From contig OY740811.1 in the NCBI GenBank assembly GCA_963514005.1, positions 27,466,001 through 27,530,000 on the forward strand: a stretch of 64,000 bases of DNA, given 5' to 3'. Origin of the DNA: Raja brachyura. Taxonomy: Eukaryota. Made by a program: the position numbers and the translations under genes. A model generated the notes under the pieces. It was given only the letters and a program-made list of their open reading frames with translations. It was not told the origin of the DNA and did not search any database. Of this stretch, positions 40,285 through 53,970 are shown in pieces (positions within the stretch are counted from its first letter, which is position 1; the number at the start of each line of letters is the position of its first letter).

Positions 40285-40663
40285 CAGTCTGAAGAGTGTG
40301 TCCGAGCCCAGGACATTCAGTTCTAGACCAGTTTGCAGAGTGTATCAGAGCCCAGGACACTAATTTCAGACTCAGTCTGCAGAATTAATCAGAGCCCAGG
40401 ATGCTCAGTACTGCATCAGTCTGCAGATTGTATCAGAGCCCAGGTTGCTCAGTACTAGAGTAGTCTGCTGTGTATCAGAGCCCAGAACACTCAGTACAGA
40501 CTCAGTCTGCAGAGTCTATCAGAGCCCAGACCACTCAGTACTAAACCAGTCTGCAGGGTGTATCAGAGCCCAGACCACTCAGTACTAAACCAGTCTGCAG
40601 AGTGTATCAGAGCCCTGGTCAATCAGTATTGAATGTGGCTGCAGCAGTATATCAAAGCCCAGG
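40285..40663. repeat. 44-bp minisatellite, about 8.5 units
   Basis: cagtctgcagagtgtatcagagcccagaccactcagtactaaac starting at 40503, 40547 and 40591; more diverged at the flanks. Confidence 0.88.
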
Positions 40664-42559
40664 AAAGGAGATGAGCCGCAAAATATCACTGGCCCAGCAC
40701 AGTGAGAATTACAATCTGATATCATTACACCAGGCCTGTCAGAGTTTCATTGCAATTTCAATGCAAAATGTAAGGGTAAAATTCCCATTATCAGAGCCCA
40801 GGCCACTAAATACATAAGCGCGGGCCAGTCCCCAATCCAGTTGGTGGGCAGGATGGGACCAGAGTTCCAGATGAGTGGAGCTCCTCCAGAAGGAGCAGCC
40901 TAGGGTTCTGACCCTCTCTGCTACACGGACCAGCCCATAATGTTGGGGCATTCACCACAGGGTGGTCAGTCAGACCCAGCTGCTGGATGTTTTCAGGTAA
41001 TGACATCCGTTGTGGATATTAATGAGAAATGTACGCACGCATACAACAACATAGGTGAAGCCTACTTCTAGACTCACAGAATAGTGCATTGCTGGTACAG
41101 GCCCTATAGCTCACAATGCTGGTTCTGACCATGATGCCAATTTAAACTGCACATCTGCCTGCAGGTGATCTGTATCCCTCCATCCATGCCACCTGACAAA
41201 ATACTTCCCACCTTTCATCTGTAAATTGAACTAAATTATTTTAAAAAATCTGCTTCTCTTATGTTTGGTCCCTTTTTATTGAATCTGAATTCTTCTCTCT
41301 TTTCTTATAAATATTTAGGGGCCAACTTGGTTACCACTCCCATTTTATAAAATACATCAAAACACACTGAAAAACAGTAGCAAGTGGAATATCACACTCT
41401 AGGTTACAAAAAAGTAAATAAATTGTGGGAAGGAGTGCATAGTTTAACCTGCAGGAATGTTGAGGAATGAAACGGGAAGGAAGGAGGAAGCGATTGAGAA
41501 AGATAGAGACTTGCAGTGATGAGCAATAAATGTGTATTTAAAATTTACAGGCCTACATCACTTCCATCTGCAATGGACATCACGCAGTTGCAATTCTCAG
41601 TATACTACAGTAAACAGAATATGTTATTAATATCCCACTTCACTTAAATGATGTTGGCGTTCTTGAAATTATATAATGTTAAAGCTGCATGCAATCAAGC
41701 AGTGACTATGGCAATCGGCACTCTCCTTACTGCCCTGGCTTCTTGCTTTCGTTATAAATTCTAAATATTTTCCATTCTTAATCCCTTGGATTATCAGTGG
41801 TCATCCTGCGAAATATCAGCACTGAAGTGTTCCACGTTAGCCCTCATGGTGAATCAAATTCACAGTTCAAAAGTTCACAGGATTTCTAAGACTGAGAAAT
41901 CACAGGTAAAACTTGGCAGCTAATTCACACTTTCCAATATATCCTAATGGGTGTCTCCTGGAACCTGGTCTACTACAAGTGATAGTTTGCTCCTGTTTCT
42001 GTCAAACTAAAATGAGTGTGCTGTTTACATGCTGATAGTCTACATTCATTGCTATTCTATTAACTCCACGCTGTGGTATTTTGATTGTACATGCAGTTGC
42101 ACTCTGTGCTTTGTATGCTGAATGGTGCTTCTGATTGTATGTGTTCCTGACCCTATTATTACGTAATATGCATTGATGCTTTTTACAGCCATGTTAATCT
42201 GTCTATAATCCCATCTGTGTCTGAAACTGTTTTGGCCATGTATTATGCTCACTGCCAGAGACAAGTGTTTCTGACAGGTTTACTTTATCCTCGGCTCACC
42301 TGTAGCCCACATCTAGCTTATGCCTTCCCAGAAGGAACTCTCACACTGGATCCTATCCTCGGCCTTTATCCACTCTGCCCCCCTCCCCCCCCCCCCCCCC
42401 CACCCCATCCCGCACACCACCATCTGGTCTAGGATGCATCTTTTCATAAAGGTCACGATCATCAACGGAACAAAAATTAAATATTGTGTCCTATGTATGA
42501 CGTTACATGATGTGCAGATTGAGGAGCCTTTATATTAAATGTAGACTGATTTATTATTT

Positions 42560-43548
42560 TTGCCTTATCTTTCACTTTTCATCTCTAGGCCTTTGTCCTA
42601 CCATCTGCCATCGAATCTCCCCCCCCACCTGTATCCACCTGTCACTGTGTAGGTAGGAAGCGCAGATGCTGGTTTGCTTCAAAGACATACACAAAATGCT
42701 CGAGCTACTCAGCGAGTCAAGCAACATCTCTGGATAGAAGGAAGAGATGATGTTTCAGATCGGGATTTGTTCTTTTCATCCCTTTCATTCATTTATTTGT
42801 ATTTTTTTTACCACTAATTTCCCTCTCCCCAGTCTGAAGAAGGGCCTCGAACTGAAAAGTCACCTATTGCTTTTCTCCAGAGATGCTGCCTGACCCGCTG
42901 AGTTACTGCAGCATCTTTTCCACCAATCTCTTCCATTCCCCCCCCCCCCCCCATACCAAGCCGAAAAGTCACCTATCCATGTCCTCCACAGATGCTGCCT
43001 GACCCGCTGAGTTACTCCAGCACTGTCTTTCTCTTTTGAAAACCAGCATCTGCAGTTCCTTGTATCTATATCTCTCTGATTTATCCGCTCCTGTTTTATA
43101 GCCTACCTGAGACTGATTTATAATCAACTCTCCAAACTTGGCATAGCTAAGCACTGTGCTCTGTGAGGATAGATAAGAGACAGAACGAAAGATAAGCACT
43201 TTTCTGAAGCTGATGTGGCCTTTGAACTGCTCGCTGCTCGCCTCAAGGACTTATTGGCAGTTTACCTGAAGCTGATGCAACTCGACCAACCCCCCTGAAG
43301 GACACTATGACTGAGAAGTGACCTGTGGACGTATATTCTCCGTGTCTGTGCTAACCCGTCCCCACTGTCAGGGTGACATGTTCATCTGGAGACACAAAGT
43401 GTTGGAGTGTCTAACCCGCTGATTCACTCCAGCACTTTGTATCTTTTTTAATCTGAAGATGGTCCCGTCCTGAAACGCCGCCTGTCCATCCCTTCCCCAG
43501 ATGCTGCCTGACCCGCTGAGTTACTCCAGCACTTTGTGTCTTTTTTCA
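42560..43548. mobile_element. Cluster of PLE terminal-repeat-derived elements in tandem and inverted arrangement
   Basis: Family body gatgctgcctgacccgctgagttact recurs near 42881, 42991 and 43500; degenerate cores near 42834, 42960 and 43453; reverse copy at about 42646-42765. Confidence 0.75.
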
Positions 43549-45690
43549 CATGTTCATCTGCAGCCGGGCCTCCTCGTCACCTGCACACTTAACTTTAAGG
43601 CCGGTGCTTTTGGAAATACTTTGTGTTGTTGTTAATTTCATGTAAAAGCCGCCTCCGTCAACTTTCCCTTTAAATACAACCATGATCGACCGAACAAAGA
43701 CCAGCCACTTGTTCCTTTTACGGATCCATTATGCAAAACCCGGCCGTGCACAGGAGCATTGGTCACCGCCACGCTTCCCCTCGGCGACCCTTTCCCAGTC
43801 TCGCCCTCCCCCGCAGTCACTGTTTAATTAAAGGCTGATTATACACTGGGTTGCTGCCGACACCCGGAGCCTGTTATCCAGGTGCGACTCCCCAAAGGCA
43901 GAGAAATTACAGAGCAAGTGCAAATAAGTGGAGTTTACATCCAATCGGCTTCAAACTCCGAGGAGCCGCCGCCAAATCCCCGCGCAGCGATGCCAATCCA
44001 GCCAAAGAGGACCAAGTTAACTGGGAAAACAAACAGCGCTTCACAGAACTCTCAGCAGTCTTCCCTCAAACGGGCAACAGATTTCCACCGCAGGGAGAAT
44101 TTGTGAATCTGACTTTGCCGACATTGGACATTGTCTCTGGAACTGATGCGCTTCAATGCCGAGAACTATACACTGTTTTAGACACAAAATGTTGAAACTC
44201 ACTCCAGCTTTTTGTGTCTATCTTCGGTTCAAACCAGCATCTGCAGTCTCTTTCTACACACTTAAAAACAAATCAGAGTTATATGTACTTCTTATCCCAT
44301 TCTTTAGCATGAATGCGATAATCAGTTCTGTTTACTATAAGTTTAAGAAGGAACTGCAGATGCTGGAAAATCGAAGGTAGTTTCAATATTAAGTGGGAAC
44401 GATCCAATCTGTATCAAAGGACTGTCCCAGTTCTACACAATTTAGGGATTTTAAAGTGGGAATATCAGAATTATTTAATGTCAAAAGAACCAGACGGACA
44501 CCTTTAGCCCATTCCGGACATTGGACTTTATCTCAATGCTGAGAACTATATTGTCGGCTCTTTATCTACCCCTTTGCTCGATCTACTGTACACGAGTTTG
44601 GCATGATTGTATTTAAGTGTGCTATCATCTCACCCGATTGGGCAGCATGCAAAACGAAGTTTTTCCCTGTACCTCGGTACATGTGCCAATAATAAACCTC
44701 ACCAGGGCCGGAACATAGAGCCTAAAACAGCAAGTTGGTGACAGTGGAGCTACTGACACACACGCCGACACTCCCGCACCAGCCCGCTCGTGTCACAGTG
44801 CCTGCAGGCAGGACAAAACAACATAGGGGCTCCTCGTCAGGCAAGGGCCTTGCAGGCGGGGTACGGGAGAGACGGGGTTTCTGGGGAAGAGGGGTTGGGG
44901 ATGGGGCAATTCTTCCATCAATAACTAGCCAAACATTCTAGAAAGGAACATGGTGTTAAAGTGAAGCTGTAGTGTCGGAGATGGTCGTTTCCGACAGTGC
45001 TGCAACATTCGCCAAGGCGGCACCCGGGCTGCTTGGTCTAATCCTCTCCCAGTTCAATTTAGTGTAAATGCCGTGAACCCGGGAGGGAGTGTTCATCAGT
45101 TCAAAGAAAGCCGCGGGTAGACTGGCTGATTAAAGGGCAAAGGGTCCACTTGGAAATTGTACACATTCTCAGCACAGCCCCTGGTTCAACAGGTTGGATT
45201 ATATTCCACACTAGTCCGCCCACCCCATCCCCATATCTCCCAACGAGTCCTTTCTCCTCAATATCTGAATCAGAACCAGCTCCCCTATAAATTGTGACAC
45301 TGTTAACTGTTGACGGTGGAAGCATCAGTAAACCACAAAGTGCTGGAGTAACTCAGCGGGTCAGACAGCATCTGGGGAGGGAATGCACAGATGACGTTTA
45401 GACTGTCTGAAGAAGAATCCGGAGCCGAACGGACGTTGTCTGTCCATTCCTCCCTTCCACACTGCACACATTAAACAACTTTGGATCAATTGGTGTTGAT
45501 CGCCGCTCCCATCCCCATGTGGGACCACTCCACCTCTACTCCAGCGAGTCTCCTCATTATAATGGTGTTGTTCACTTCTAGTTTTCTCTGCTGGGTAATG
45601 TAAATATATTGACCGAGTTAAACGAGAATCATCACCCATTTCCAAGTTCGGGCAGTTGTAATGTTGCATTGTTATCAAACCGAAAACTCA

Positions 45691-45837
45691 ATCGGGAATC
45701 ACTCCAACCCGCCCCACTCCATCAGGAATCACTCCAACCCGCCCCACTCCATCGGGAATCACTCCAACCCGCCCCACTCCATCGGGAATCACTCCAACCC
45801 GCCCCACTCCATCGGGAATCACTCCAACCCGTCCCAC
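45691..45837. repeat. 30-bp near-perfect minisatellite, about 4.9 units
   Basis: atcgggaatcactccaacccgccccactcc at 45691, 45721, 45751, 45781 and 45811. Confidence 0.95.
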
Positions 45838-47836
45838 CGGAGAAAGCGAATCTGCAAATTGTCCTTGGCCGTAGTTTCTTTTTATTAAACGAGCATCTAA
45901 CAAAGGTTTCGAATCGGTGATAACTATAATAGTGGATGGTTCCATTTTTGTGCGGTAGACATGGGTCTAGAAACATACAGAGAGAGAGAGAGAGAGAGAA
46001 CGACACGGAAAGTGAGGAATGGAGCGGGCACAGTTGTGCTGAAGAAGCCGAGTTACTCCAGCACTCTGTGTCTTGTTTGTAAACCAGCATCTGCAATTCC
46101 TTGTGTCTACAATCTATGCTCGAGTGACTCAATGGATCGGGCAGCATCTCTGTTAAATGATAGGTTTGACCAAGTTCTTTGTATTTTCTGCTTCTTTTTT
46201 TTCAGATTCCGAGAACTTTCGGATGAATCGGTGGGGCTTCTGCCCCGCTCACTAATCTCCTGCATCCAGGGCTCAAAGATCTTTCGCATTTGGCCTGGGT
46301 CTAACTAACGGGAGCGGCTTCACTTCACCAGATATCCATATCGGTAACCAGTTATGTATAAGCATTAGACCTAGTCTGCGGGATTTGCCGAGTGAATGAT
46401 GCATGTGTCTCAGCTTTTACTCCGGCCAGCCCTCGCCGCTTTCTCCTTTGTGCAATCACCAGCTTTTGTTAGATAATCAGTCGCCTGATGGGATGAGGAA
46501 TAGATAAAGATTCTTGGCATCTGGCGGCTAAAATGAAAGGGGGATTAGGTACCGGCCGCTGCACACTCCATGGCACATGGGCTTGCTATTCCCCTCATTC
46601 AGGATACCATTGATTATATCCAACCCTCCGTGTTTCGTTACATCTCTCCGAGATGTTTGTATTCGCCGGACAATTCGCCGGACAAAACAAAAAGCTAATA
46701 GCTCTGGTGCATGTGAACTACTGAGACCCTTAAAGGGGCAGTCCCATCGCTCCCCGCAGTGGCTATCATTTAGTTGAACAGTGAAATAGGAACGGTGCTT
46801 GTTTAGTTTAGAGATACAGCAGGGAAACTGACCATTTGGCCCACCGTGTCCACGCCATTTCGGCCCACCATCGATCACTCGTTCACACTAGTTCTAAGTT
46901 ACCCCACTTTCTCACCCACTGTCGCTTTCCTCCCACATTAGGGGCACCGGCCCCTGAAATATCTGCATCTAGTATAGGCCATTTGCAGCACACAATTGAA
47001 ATAGTTCCTGCAGTGTGTGATGTGGGGATAAGGTGTAGCCTGGAATGGTGCCCATAGGACAACAACTGTCCATTTTACCCCGGGCTCTGCAAAAGCTGTT
47101 AACGTTAATAATCAGGAAAAAGTTATAGGCACGTGGAGACTTTTGAGTTAATAAAGGAGATTGGTTAAAGGCAAATAATGTTTGACTGAGGAAGGTTCTG
47201 AAGAGGTAATGGACAAGGTTGGTTCAGGACATGTGGTTATTATAATTTTGTTTGAGAGAATCCACACAAAGGCTGGTTTGGGAAATGACACCTGTGACCT
47301 CAGGATCAGTGGCTGCATGAATATGAAATTGGCAAAGCGACAAAAGTTAAGAATCATGGTGATCTTCAGAAATGAAGATGATAGATGTGCTATTCCCCAG
47401 GGATCTATGCCAGGACAAATGCTTTTGTTTCAACCTAAAGTAATGACTGGGAGGAGGTAACATTTCAGAATTTGCATGACAGTAATACACTGCAAAAGAC
47501 CACGGCTAAACTGGCACAACAAAGAGAGGTGATATACTTTAACAGGAAGAACAAACACAGAACAGTGGATAATGCTACTACCCCACAGCCCCAGTGACAC
47601 AGATTAATTGTTGACATTGGGCACTACTGTAAATTCCCTCCCCAATATGCAAGTAAATGGTAAAATAAATTCTAAAAAGTTGGAAATTAATTGGCAGCAA
47701 TAACATGCAATGCCATGAGAAAATAAGACAATGGGGAATTGGACGAGAGGTTTTTCTGTTAGGAAACAACATGAATTTAATGATCCAAATGGTCTTTTGT
47801 AATAAATAAGTGTGTGACATTGACTTAAGCAATATT

Positions 47837-48035
47837 ACCCCTCTCCACCCCCTCCTCTCCCTGCTCCCTCACTCCTCACCTCTCCCCTATCGCACTTACC
47901 CACTAAACACAATGTTTAAATAAGCGGGGGAGGGGAGGAGGAGAAATTTTATTTAAACATTGTGTTTAGTGGGTAAGTGCGATAGGGGAGAGGTGAGGAG
48001 TGAGGGAGCAGGGAGAGGAGGGGGTGGAGAGGGGT
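47837..48035. repeat. Perfect 87-bp inverted repeat with a 25-nt spacer
   Basis: 47837-47923 is the exact reverse complement of 47949-48035. Confidence 0.92.
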
Positions 48036-48299
48036 TATGGATGGAGGGAGGGAGTGACTGAGGGTAGGGAGTGACTGAGGATAGGGTAAAGGTGAAGGAG
48101 GGAATGGAGGAGGAGAGGGGAAAGAAGAGGGATGGTGAAGAGGAGGGGGAGGGAGTGTATGAGCCACGCCTGCGCGGTTGGGCCCTATGGGTGAGTGATG
48201 GATATTGTGTTGGGGGAACAGGTTGCGTTGGGGGAACGTGTGAGTGGTGGAATATTGCATTGGGTGAACGGGGCCCAACAAGTACCACTTGGTTTAGTT

Positions 48300-48770
48300 A
48301 TTTATAAAACTCTCATTGGACCACAGTTAAAGTGTTGCAATCAATTTTGGTTATCGCATTTTAGGAAAACTCCAGCGATTATGTTAATAAAGATTTGTTA
48401 AGAATATTTCCAATGAAGAGGGATTTCCACCACAAAGTTAGAATCTGGGATTGGCTACGCAAAAATCCTTGAGCAGAAAACGTTCAGAGGAGTACCAAAT
48501 TGTAGCCGATTTAGAAATGGTAACCAGAGAGAAGTTGCCCCAATTAGCAGATGGCATAAGGACTTGGGACCAGTTATGAGTAAACAATACTGGGTGAGGA
48601 GCGTTGTGTGGCAGAACTGGTTTGCACAGAATGTAGATGAGGTAGAAGGTAGAACTCACAGCCTTGAAAGCCAGTGGAAATAATCCATGATCAAAGGGAT
48701 ATTATTAGGCAGAAGAAATGAAAAAATGTAAGAGATAGAGCAGAGGGGTGGAACTAACTGGGTTCCTCCA
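48300..48770 (+). mobile_element. Old CR1 3' fragment
   Basis: YKTLIGPQLKCCNQFWLSHFRK resembles the CR1 motif LYKTLVRPQLEYCVQFWSP. Confidence 0.65.
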
Positions 48771-51609
48771 TAAAGAGTGGACAAAGAATTGGTGGACTAG
48801 TAACGATTCTGAAGTCTGTCAAACTGAGATACACCATTTATTTTGTGGAAGCTTTAGTTCAGGATTAGAATTGTCAGGTGTAGAGAGGTACAGTTTTGCA
48901 TGCTATCCTGTCTGATCAAATAATACAATACATAAACACACTCAAGCCAAACACTCGTGCAATAGGTAGAGCAAAGAGGAAGATACAGATTGCAGAATAT
49001 AGTTCTCAGCATTGTCATACACCAGTTCTAGAGACAAAGTCCAATGTCCACAATGGGATAGATGTGTGGGACTGGTTCCTTTGACGTAAAGAATTCTGAT
49101 ATTCTCACATTTTAAAAACTGAGATATTCCCCAAATATTATAGAAATAGGACAGTCCTTACAAGGTACAGAATGGATATAGTTCCCAATTACCATAACAA
49201 ATAAATGATTCTTATACTATACAGAACTGAGTATCTCATTCTATTCGAGTATCTAAAGAATGGGATAAATAGTACATCAAACTCTGATACAATAAAAAAC
49301 AGTGTATAGAACTTGGAAATTAGATATAGAATTAGGATAACTTTAAAACCAATAGACTTAGATATTTTCTGCAATGCATATTGCTGCCATTGTTCTTACT
49401 GTGTATAAAAAATAGAGTTATCCCTTGTTTGGAACTGCAGAATCATTAAAAAAAACAGTGGACTTGCAAAAGATTAGGGGTCCAAGTACATAAATATATA
49501 AAGGATGTGTTAAAAAATTAATCACAAATGAATGATGCCTTTTTTATATTAACGACGGGAGAACAGGGACCGGTGGGGGTGGAAGTTCTGACACTCATAA
49601 GATCAGATCTGGTGAACATTGCTCAAAGGCACAACCTGCATTTATTTCAAAGTTCCAGCATCTATTCATTCACAGATTGATTCAGGAGGATTTATTGGCC
49701 TTGGCAAGTGTGCACCCTGAATTTGTAAAACTATACCTGGACTCCAGGGTGCAGTTAGCACGAGAAACTATAGAAACAATATACGTTCAATTGAGTACGT
49801 TTAGTGGTAATCAGAGTAAAGTTTCAATTGAGCATAAGCATAGACTGATGGAAACTAATTTTGGGGAGTGTGTGACTGGGAACATTGTCAAAATAACAGA
49901 TCCAAACCTTTGAGGTTTGAAGCTGGGCTATACTTCTAAGAGCAGATTGAGGTAGAAGATTAGAAATCTCTTGTACAAATGATAGTCAATGCTGGGTCAA
50001 TTGCCCATCTTAAATCTGGAATTAAATTGTTTTTTGTTAATAGAAGGCATTAGGAAATAAGATGGATATGTAGAGTTAAGTCACTAATCAGCTGTGATCT
50101 GACTGAGGAACAAGCTTGAGGGATAATCGGTCTCCTTCTGTTCCTACATTCCCTGTTTGTGTGCTTTGATTGTCCCTGTTATGAATTGAACTCTGGACCT
50201 ATTACAGTATGTAGATATTTTCTACAATGTTTAAAGCTGTCTTAGCTTTTGTATATTGGATGTCCCCATAGAGCATAGAACTGGGATATTCCTACAATAT
50301 CTAGATCTGGAATAGATGCTGCAGGATGTGAAACTGTGGAGTTCCTGCAGAATATTTAGCAGAGATTGCCCCTGTAGCATACGGATCTGAGGTAGTCCTA
50401 ATGCTGTTCTGCACTGCACATTTACGGGTTTAGTAGAGCCCTCTGTGTCTGGAGCTAAACAGTTCATACAGAGTGCAAGACCAGGAAAGTTCCTAAATTG
50501 TGTAAGACTGAACATGTATAAGTGTTTAGGAAACTGCAATCATTCCCACAGTTTACAAAAGTGGGATTGTTCCAATGTAATAGAATATGTTTCCCTGGTC
50601 CTGAGAACTGGAATTATCACCATTCTCTGCATTACTGTGGTTGGATTCAGTGAATGAAGCTAATATTCATTCAGTTTGTAGAATTGGAATGGTTCATTGA
50701 GTGTGTGGAAGTTACACATCGCTCGTAAAACTGGGATATGGTGTCGCAGGCAGATGTGGAAGTGGGTTTATCCCTGTATTATATTGAATTGGGATTACTG
50801 CTGCAACATTTTGAACTGTGTAGATCAGGAGAAGCCCTGAAGTATAAATAATTCTGAATCTCGCAGCATGTACAGATGGGATAGATTTCAATGTATGTAA
50901 GAACGGAAGAGCTCCCATACTGCAATAAAAAGACCACACAGATTATAAAACTATGTAAACTGCAATAGTCCTTACAGTATATAACACTAGGTTGGTTGCT
51001 ACATTTTGAAAGAGTTTTAGAACTGAAAGGGTTAAGGGTGTACGTGCAGAGGAGGAACTTTAACAATTTCATAAAATAGTTATCTCCACATTTGCAAAAT
51101 GAGTTGGGCATTTAAAACTGGGATAATTTCAATTAATCTCACCCTGAAAGAACCAGATTGAGATTGCCCCAGTAGTGTGTGCAATAGTGTACAGCGCTGA
51201 GTTAATACAGTCTGGAAAGCTATATAAATTCTGGACTGCAATGTCCACACAATGTGAACATGCTGTTCGAATAGTTCATGCATCTGGCACAATCTGTACA
51301 AAGTCCAGAATTAACCGAAGGACCCTGGAGTGTTTAGAAATAGGTTTATGTAATGGGTGCAGTTCCTCCATGACTTGGATTTGGTACAGTGCCGTCATTA
51401 TAGACAACACATGTGTTCTCTCTGCTTATGAAGCAAGTATGGTCCATCCACCATAGGACAGGTGCTACTTCTCCACACTATTGTAATGGTATGTTATGTC
51501 CATTTTATGGAATAGGGTGCAATTCTTACACTACGGACCCGGGGAGGATATATATCCTCCTCTGCTACATGGATATGTAGTCATCCGGATATTGGTCAGT
51601 TGTAGTCCC

Positions 51610-52605
51610 TCCAACGCATAGAACACATTCGCCAACATTTCTGCCAAATTCAACGTGATCCCACCAAATGTCCCTGCCCCACCCCTTTCTGTGTTTCTGT
51701 AGAGACCACTCTCTTTATAACTCCTTAATTCGCTCATCCCTTCCCACCTAACATACACCCTTCTCCATGTAGTTTCCTCAACACGTGTCCCTACACCTCC
51801 TCTCCCACCTCCATCCAGAGACCCCCACCATCACTTCCAGATGAGACGTAGGTCCACGTGCACCTCCCCCAACCTTGTCTATTGCATTCAGTGCTCCCAA
51901 TGTGTCCTTTACATTGGCGAGACCAACCGTAGACTGGGCGACCGATTCGCTGAAAGCTTGCACGTTGTCTGTCAAGGCCTACTCGCTCCACCGGTTGCTA
52001 ACCGTGTTCTCAATCCCACGCCGGCCTCCTCCTCTGCCAGCGAGAGGCCACACACAAACTGGAGGAACCGCACCCTCATATTCCGTTTACGTAGCTTACA
52101 ACCCAATGGTATGAACATTGAATTCTCCAATTCAAGTAATACCCATTGACACCTCCTCTCTTTCCCCTCTTCCTCACTTCCCCCCACCCCCATACCAATG
52201 CGCAAACATCTCTCCCACCACCCCAGTAACTCATCGCCAAGTCCCATATTTCATTTCATCTCTTTCCCCTCCCCTGTACCGTTTCACTCCTATCCCTCCC
52301 TCTGGCTTTACATTTCACCCTTCCCTCATCTCTCCATATCTGACACCTTTTTATCTTCTTTTGCTCTGTAGCCTTTGTCACTTATTCCACCCATCAGCCA
52401 ATTAAACCCCACCCCCCTCACTTGAGTCCAACTATCACTTGTCAAACTCTGTCCTACTCCCTCTCTCTTTTGTAGCTTTCTCCGCCCTTTTCCATCAGTC
52501 TGAAGAGACGTAAAGACCCGAAACGGCGCCTGTCCGTCCATTCCGTTCACCGATGCTGCTTGACCCGCTGAGTTCCTCCAGCACTTTGTGTTTTGCTTAC
52601 ACAAC
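51610..52605 (+). mobile_element. Penelope-like retroelement (Neptune-type) 3' part: linker, GIY-YIG endonuclease pseudogene and terminal repeat with a decayed hammerhead
   Basis: ORF 51841-52149: TCTSPNLVYCIQCSQCVLYIGETNRRLGDRFAE...LIFRLRSLQPNGMNIEFSN (VY..YIG.T.R...RF). Upstream NTCPYTSS linker. Downstream cagtctgaagagacgtaaagacccgaaacggc at 52496-52527 plus the family body. Confidence 0.9.
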
Positions 52606-53794
52606 AATGTTGCGTTTACCGCAGTAGCGGGCATTGTCCCTCAACTATATGGAGATGTTTGTCCCCTCTCCTTTATAGAAATGCCATTCTACGAGATGCG
52701 CAGGTCGCTACTCTGTGGTGCTGAAGTAGTCCTTGCTTCAAGACCGTGCGCAGTGTAGAACTAGTAGAGTGAGTTGAGCCGAGGTGGTGACTGGAGTACC
52801 TGCAACTGGGATATCCCCTGCATTATTTATCACCTGAAAATTCCCCATAGCTTTGAGAAGCGGCATGTTCCCTGCAGTGTGCAGGCTGTGTGGAAGCGGT
52901 CTGTGATACCCTTCAGACCAGCGGAGATGGTCAATGTTTAAAACGCGTTCCTCCAATCGGAGTCAAGCGATCATCTCACTTCCTCAATCCGTGCCAATTT
53001 TTGGTGTGCCGGCCCCGGCCCACAGAGGCGGGGAACCGCCAGTGGAGACGGTGCAGACAGGCAGGCGGTTCGTCCGTTAGAAATGGGACTGGTGAGGCGA
53101 CGGGTGGCACTGAGTCAGGAGGCAGGAGCCAAGGAGACACAGGGAACTGCAGATGTTGGAATCTTGAGCAAAACACAAAGAGTTGGAGGAACTCAGCGGG
53201 ATATAGGCGGCATTGCGGGTCGGGACCCTTCTTCGGACTGATGGCGTTGGGGGGGGGGGGGGGGAGCTGGAACAAAGCCTGGCAAGTGATAGGTAGATAC
53301 ACGTGAGGGGGGAGCGGAACCCTCTCCCTGCTTATTAAAGCCATTCGGACACCCAGCCCGTTTACGCCGGCCCCCGGAGGAGTGGATGCCAACAGAGGGG
53401 GGCCCGCAGGAGGCGAGCAGAGGCGGTGTCTCCCCAAATTTCAGAGCCTTGTTCCCGCAGCTGACTAGCATCCCGACGCAAACAGCGCCGCTGAAGAGCC
53501 CGGGGAGCCGGCGCTGACTTCAGCTCAGTCGCACTTTACAGGAAGGCGTGTTTCCTGCAGCTACTTGCGACGGCTGGAAACCGGTTAGGAGGCGGATGTA
53601 TTTGGCGGAGAGTAAATCAGGTTCTTGGACATGTCTCCGTAAACAGAGACAGTGGCGTCTGTTACCGGAGCCGCTGTCCCACCCGGTCTCACACTCCACG
53701 CTCCTTGCTTCCTTGGACACGTTTCATCGGCTTCAGACGAACACTTTGTGACAACTTTACCGACTGCCACAAATCCGATGTATTTTGTACTTTT

Positions 53795-53970
53795 TAAAAA
53801 ACTGGAGGAATTCAGCAGGTCAGGCAGCATCTCTGGAGAACATGGAGAGGTGGCGTTCGGGTCGGGTCCGAAAAAGGGTCCCGATTCGAAATATCACCCA
53901 TCTATCTATGTTCTCTAGAGATGTTGCCTGACCCGCTGAGTTGCTCCAGCACTTTGTGTCTTTTTTTTCC
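53795..53970. mobile_element. Older inverted pair of PLE-derived elements
   Basis: ctggaggaattcagcaggtcaggcagcatctctggagaacat...atgttctctagagatgttgcctgacccgctgagttgctccag, imperfect palindrome. Confidence 0.75.

Noticed and set aside
40285-40663. CRISPR-like array or tandem hammerhead array (first unit starts cagtctgaagag)
   Set aside because: Units are homologous along their whole length with no unique spacers, the context is eukaryotic, and there is no GAAA box or stem II.
50200-51500. Possible decayed coding or transposon sequence
   Set aside because: No motif recognisable by eye; left unannotated pending BLASTx.
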